From NCBI GenBank assembly GCA_964014485.1, contig CAXHAT010000059.1:1-39965 (forward strand): DNA of 39,965 nt. Direction: 5' to 3'. The DNA is from an uncultured Deferribacteres bacterium. Lineage in GTDB: Bacteria > Zhuqueibacterota > Zhuqueibacteria > Zhuqueibacterales > Geothermadaptataceae. Positions 37,201 to 39,965 of this stretch are shown here, one piece after another. Below the pieces are notes generated by a model. It searched no databases, was not told where the DNA came from, and saw only the letters and a program-made list of their open reading frames with translations. Every line of letters starts with the position of its first letter. Position 1 is the stretch's first letter. Made by a program: the position numbers and the translations under genes.

Positions 37201-37430
37201 GCAAAGTAATGTGCTCGCAATAAAAACGCCAACACCTCAGAATCCGTAGAATCATCTTGCACCTTACTCTCGGCAATCTGTATTGCGCCGGCATAGTCCA
37301 TCTTTCCCAACAATTCCTGTGCGTCGCTCAAAGACGCTTCACTTGCAGACTGCTTTTCAGAGCAAGAAAGCACAGCGATCACTAAAAGAATCATTGTAGA
37401 CAAAACTGCAATACGTCTCAGCGTCATCAT
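34251..37430 (-). CDS. Lipoprotein TPR-CHAT (caspase HetF-associated) protease
   Basis: VLSC lipobox; many TPR repeats; AEKAKARTF, LPFQTL, catalytic IHLAMHG and VLSACESG, TLWNVND, HPYYWGPY. Confidence 0.93.
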   Translation of the reverse strand: MMTLRRIAVLSTMILLVIAVLSCSEKQSASEASLSDAQELLGKMDYAGAIQIAESKVQDDSTDSEVLAFLLRAHYFAGDTTAYRGLRSDLEAKDAPSAKLALGHFYFYIGEFDSAANKFSLASSYSGYEDVANHVEKARKGRLAETWADSAFQSLMQSQFLLAINRYNRADSLWQQVTHDNLRARALSYRAFAFMRASDILNAEKNITKSYEISQKTGDRWLLARILNIWGNIKDYTAKYREAIEKYEQAKEFAQAINDRRFVLTVAGNIATTQEKTGEIREARATYLEILSFADILSKRNHNTTLHNLGHMSLVLGYYDEAQDYYEKSILFAKERGERLLEAASTSGLGDVFYFRGQFEEAEEHKKQSIHIHREIGNMRDVSGGLRSLSEIYSYMGRYDEGLKAAQNAQSIADSLGIKDISLKAKSNIAMIYQAQKDYRSAKAIHEDVLPLAKELEYFDLVHATITLLARCYIETKTLPASTNEWEQLIAYAEKQGLPYTAESTRLVLALILSEKGMENQAIALLDMVIDASQSNGDLRLFADAFLSKGSVYEKMGRIDQASLAYERALVTHEQIANAFGSSFSRAAYFDELREHTEKQVLWAYTLKEYHDVFKFAEKAKARTFLGLLSQREVQFSARDNDQFLKKGLRLRSELSRRYSQLAQNISSGESGARSSVREHTSKQFEQAQAAYSEFLHEVERDRPMVGSVLSSAVVSLEDALPQIPQDALLLQYVVLDDRILICAARPGNPLQVFSVSYSRAVLRSHVRRFREAVRLKQQNWKEQASRLGGALLDSIQTAGLFDDVNSVIVLADDVLYRLPFQTLMLDGAVLASQFVVVNYPSASVMKYVAMQRPAQMRKEILAIAYPKSPRGTLRYVVPEAQAIEALWNAPVRVITDEHATKDTLRQLAERVDIIHLAMHGIPSPESPLLFALQFAPKNEVDDGRFFVHDAFSFAVDSALVVLSACESGLEAEYRAGISAGGEVVGLVRGFLFAGASAVVSTLWNVNDESSLTFMREFYTELQKTHDAAVAVQYAQKALIAHPKYNHPYYWGPYIATGK

Positions 37431-37444
37431 GACACCCCTTATGG

Positions 37445-38272
37445 TTATCGCTCAAGAGTTTGCGATTCAGACTCCCCAAGATTGCGGGATCCGATAAATG
37501 CCTGCACATACCAAGTATATGTCCGTCCTTCCTGTAAGAAGGCTGTTTCGATATCTGTTAGCATGGTATCTCGGGTTTCAACGCTCTGAAAAAAATCGAG
37601 GTCGCGCGTTTCCTCAAAAACGACTTTATAGCTCGTTGCGTTCTTAAAGCTCTTCCAGTGGAATGTTCCGACAATTTCTATGACATTTTTGCTTTCAGAG
37701 CCTCGTTCATCTGACGAGCTTCGTTCCTTCAGAATCGAGTCAGGCAACACCCACAAGCCAACCAAAATCGCAATTCCGGCAAGAGCGGCTCCCGACACTA
37801 TTTTTCTTGCCGGAGTTGCACCTAAAAACTCCCTCGCGGTTGTCGTCCAGGTTAGGTTTGTACGATCTGACCGCTTACTGGGCATGTCATCCGGTAGATG
37901 CTTTCTCGCATCCTGAATGGCAATGTCACAATACCTGCACATGCGAATATGCTCATCAACCTTCTCCCGGATCATAGCCGACAAGCTGTCTCCGGCATAG
38001 TCAACTATTGTTTCTTCATCAGGACACTCTTTCCCGTCATCATAACGCTCCGGAATTACGATCTCGCCAGATTCAACAGCTTGAGATAGTTCAGCCAACG
38101 CTTTTTCCCGGCGCCTTTCTTTTGCAGACTGAAGCAAACCCACAAACACCTTGCACTCCTCACAGCGATTTACATGCCGCTCTATCGCCAAGAACTTTCT
38201 CTTTTTCCGAATTCGAAGCCAGAATGCGTCTACTGCAAACGCTCTCAATTCATCGACTGATGGATGATCCAT
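37445..38272 (-). CDS. Anti-sigma factor with two zf-HC2 motifs, a transmembrane helix and a periplasmic Ig/FN3-like domain
   Basis: HVNRCEEC and HIRMCRYC; transmembrane AALAGIAILVGLWVL; FHWKS..SYKV..YTWYVQA. Confidence 0.85.
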   Translation of the reverse strand: MDHPSVDELRAFAVDAFWLRIRKKRKFLAIERHVNRCEECKVFVGLLQSAKERRREKALAELSQAVESGEIVIPERYDDGKECPDEETIVDYAGDSLSAMIREKVDEHIRMCRYCDIAIQDARKHLPDDMPSKRSDRTNLTWTTTAREFLGATPARKIVSGAALAGIAILVGLWVLPDSILKERSSSDERGSESKNVIEIVGTFHWKSFKNATSYKVVFEETRDLDFFQSVETRDTMLTDIETAFLQEGRTYTWYVQAFIGSRNLGESESQTLER

Positions 38273-38340
38273 ATCACTTCCCGCATTTCATCTTTTCAGG
38301 CGTAAAAGCCTCCCTCGCTCCATACAATAATGAGACTGCT

Positions 38341-38901
38341 TTATTCGCCTTTTTGCTGAATCTTCTCCCACTCCCGCCAATATTCTAAAAGTTTTGTTCT
38401 ATTGAAATGATTCATTTTATTTGATATTTGTTTTGGGGTCATTCCCATGATCTTCGCAATTTCCCGTGGCGGCGAAATTTCGATCAAATAAAGATGGGCG
38501 ATTTTCTTGGCTTCCGGCTTCAAGTCCGGATCAGTGCGTATTTTGTGTTCTATAAAATCCAGTTCTTCTTTGCCAATTCTGCCCCCGTTTGGCGGTGGGG
38601 GCGGAGGCGGTGGGGGCGGCGACTTGTCTCTTTTGCACTCGTCCAATGTCGTAGTCCGTACGATCTCCCGTAAGTAGGCTTTGTATTTTTCCGAACCATC
38701 AGGCTGACCTTCTTTTAATTTGTCGTATGATTTCACATAACTTGACTGATATGCCTCATGAAAAACATCTTGCCAATTATTGAGCTTCCACCCCTTCATA
38801 TGGTGCCGAATCCAAATCTGCACATCTTTATCAACCAGACTCCAGAGCTTCGCAAACGCAGTATCCTTACAGGATTTCACTTTGTTCGCGAGCCGCGTCA
38901 T
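38341..38901 (-). CDS. Divergent ECF sigma factor with a poly-Pro linker
   Basis: AFAKLW, DVFHEAY, YLREIVRTTTLDECKR (region 2); PREIAKIMGMTPKQIS (region 4); lies upstream of the anti-sigma gene. Start 38901 preferred. Confidence 0.75.
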   Translation of the reverse strand: MTRLANKVKSCKDTAFAKLWSLVDKDVQIWIRHHMKGWKLNNWQDVFHEAYQSSYVKSYDKLKEGQPDGSEKYKAYLREIVRTTTLDECKRDKSPPPPPPPPPPNGGRIGKEELDFIEHKIRTDPDLKPEAKKIAHLYLIEISPPREIAKIMGMTPKQISNKMNHFNRTKLLEYWREWEKIQQKGE

Positions 38902-39548
38902 ACGCCGATCACCACCCATTAGCAGTCCTGACATTTTCAAAAAGAAGATTAACGCGCCAATTCGGAACAATAGTAAATCCAGACGGCTTAAATCCAAGCA
39001 ACGAAGTACCAACCTTGTCCGTTCGCCCACGCATCCATGCACTCATGGTTGGAGCGAAACAGCGTGGATCGCCGCACGGCGGGTGAATCCGCAATCAGCA
39101 TTGCGGAGAGGGCAGTCCCTTAGACATCCCGTCCTGGGCTTCTCAGGGAAGCGCAGGACACCGCTCACCGGATTTTTTTCCTGGAACGCGGGTGTGAGCA
39201 GATTGCCCGCTATGACCGAATCTGCTTGCGCCCTGAAGTGGAAGGAAGAAAAATCCGCAACGCGCACTCCCCGCCCGTGCCAGAAGACGGCCTTTCATAG
39301 CTCCCGCACCCGCGTCTTCCTGCAAATAACCGCATTGCCCGCTCCTTACTCTTTGAGTATATAAAACGGGCGGTGGAACGGCTCGATGAACTGGATCGCG
39401 CAGTGAGTAAAATAAAATGCACCCTTTGAGGTGGAACGACCCCGCTGGATCGAAAGCAGCGAATGCATATCCAATGGAGCGAAGTGGATGGACCGCCGCA
39501 TCAGTGTCCCCGCCCGCCCCGAAATTGGGGCGGGCTTCAAGCATGTGC

Positions 39549-39908
39549 TTATGAGCGCGGTTTCAATCGGGGAACGCCCAGGCTGTTGAATTGGACATTT
39601 CGGAATGCGTCAAGACCGGCTCTCCTGCCAAGCGCAAACGCTTTCCAGAAGCATAACTCAACATACTGCAAGACGAGCGGCCAGAAAAAGTCTCGTGAAT
39701 CAATCATGATGCTCATACGCGCACATAGAGCATCCCATTCCAACTTCATCTGTTCAGCCGCTTCACGACCGCTCGGCCTGGGATTCAAGAATGCGTGAAA
39801 AGTGAGGAGAGGGTAAGGCGTCGCCCCGTCCGTCAGGTTGATCAGCGCATCTCCAAAAGAGGAGAGAGAATAGCGTCCCGCCCAATAAAAATCCGCAAAA
39901 TAACGCTT
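39549..39908 (-). pseudogene. C-terminal 119 codons of the IS-interrupted gene
   Basis: Open from 39908 (KRYFADFYWAG...) to the stop at 39549, in the same frame as ORF 39549..39788. Confidence 0.7.
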
Positions 39909-39909
39909 A

Positions 39910-39965
39910 GTAACCTTTGGTGCTAGTCATATTTTTGTTTGAGAATAATGCCCAACTCTGGTTAA
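39910..39965. mobile_element. Opposite terminal fragment of the same IS
   Basis: TA (39908-39909), then GTAACCTTTGGTGCTAGT; the sequence beyond the repeat differs from that at the left end. Confidence 0.7.

Noticed and set aside
39..39927. The whole window as a giant transposon or linear replicon bounded by terminal repeats
   Set aside because: No internal transposase or terminal-protein polymerase is visible, and in-frame restoration of the inner ORF shows the element lies outside the repeats.
1..39965. tRNA, rRNA, retron or diversity-generating retroelement
   Set aside because: No cloverleaf or rRNA-like sequence, no reverse transcriptase motif and no template/variable repeat pair were noticed by eye.

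Overview
The window is most likely an almost complete circular plasmid of about 39.85 kb, opened at an insertion sequence. Both ends carry a 17-bp inverted repeat with TA at the junction, and joining them through one TA restores a 159-codon ORF. The backbone has a RepA-type initiator with seven 17-bp iterons, an RHH-parA-parB partition cassette with two palindromic parS candidates, and a tyrosine recombinase with a 17-6-17 palindromic site. It also has an atypical mobilisation set: a Replic_Relax protein, two soluble VirD4/TrwB-like ATPases and a membrane coiled-coil protein, with no recognisable VirB4 or HUH relaxase. Establishment-type genes include three DUF2958 paralogues, Zn-ribbon proteins, DinD and an orphan m5C methyltransferase. 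Cargo includes an ECF sigma / double zinc-finger anti-sigma / lipoprotein TPR-CHAT protease operon, a 1354-aa secreted M23-LGFP-PEGA-LamG-FlgD/T9SS-type protein with an upstream PsbP-like partner, an AT-rich regulator and secreted-protein island ending at a dif-like site, and a receiver-defective NarL regulator. The FlgD/T9SS-type C-terminus suggests an FCB-group host such as KSB1 or Calditrichota (inference). All family assignments come from motif recognition by eye; no database search was run.
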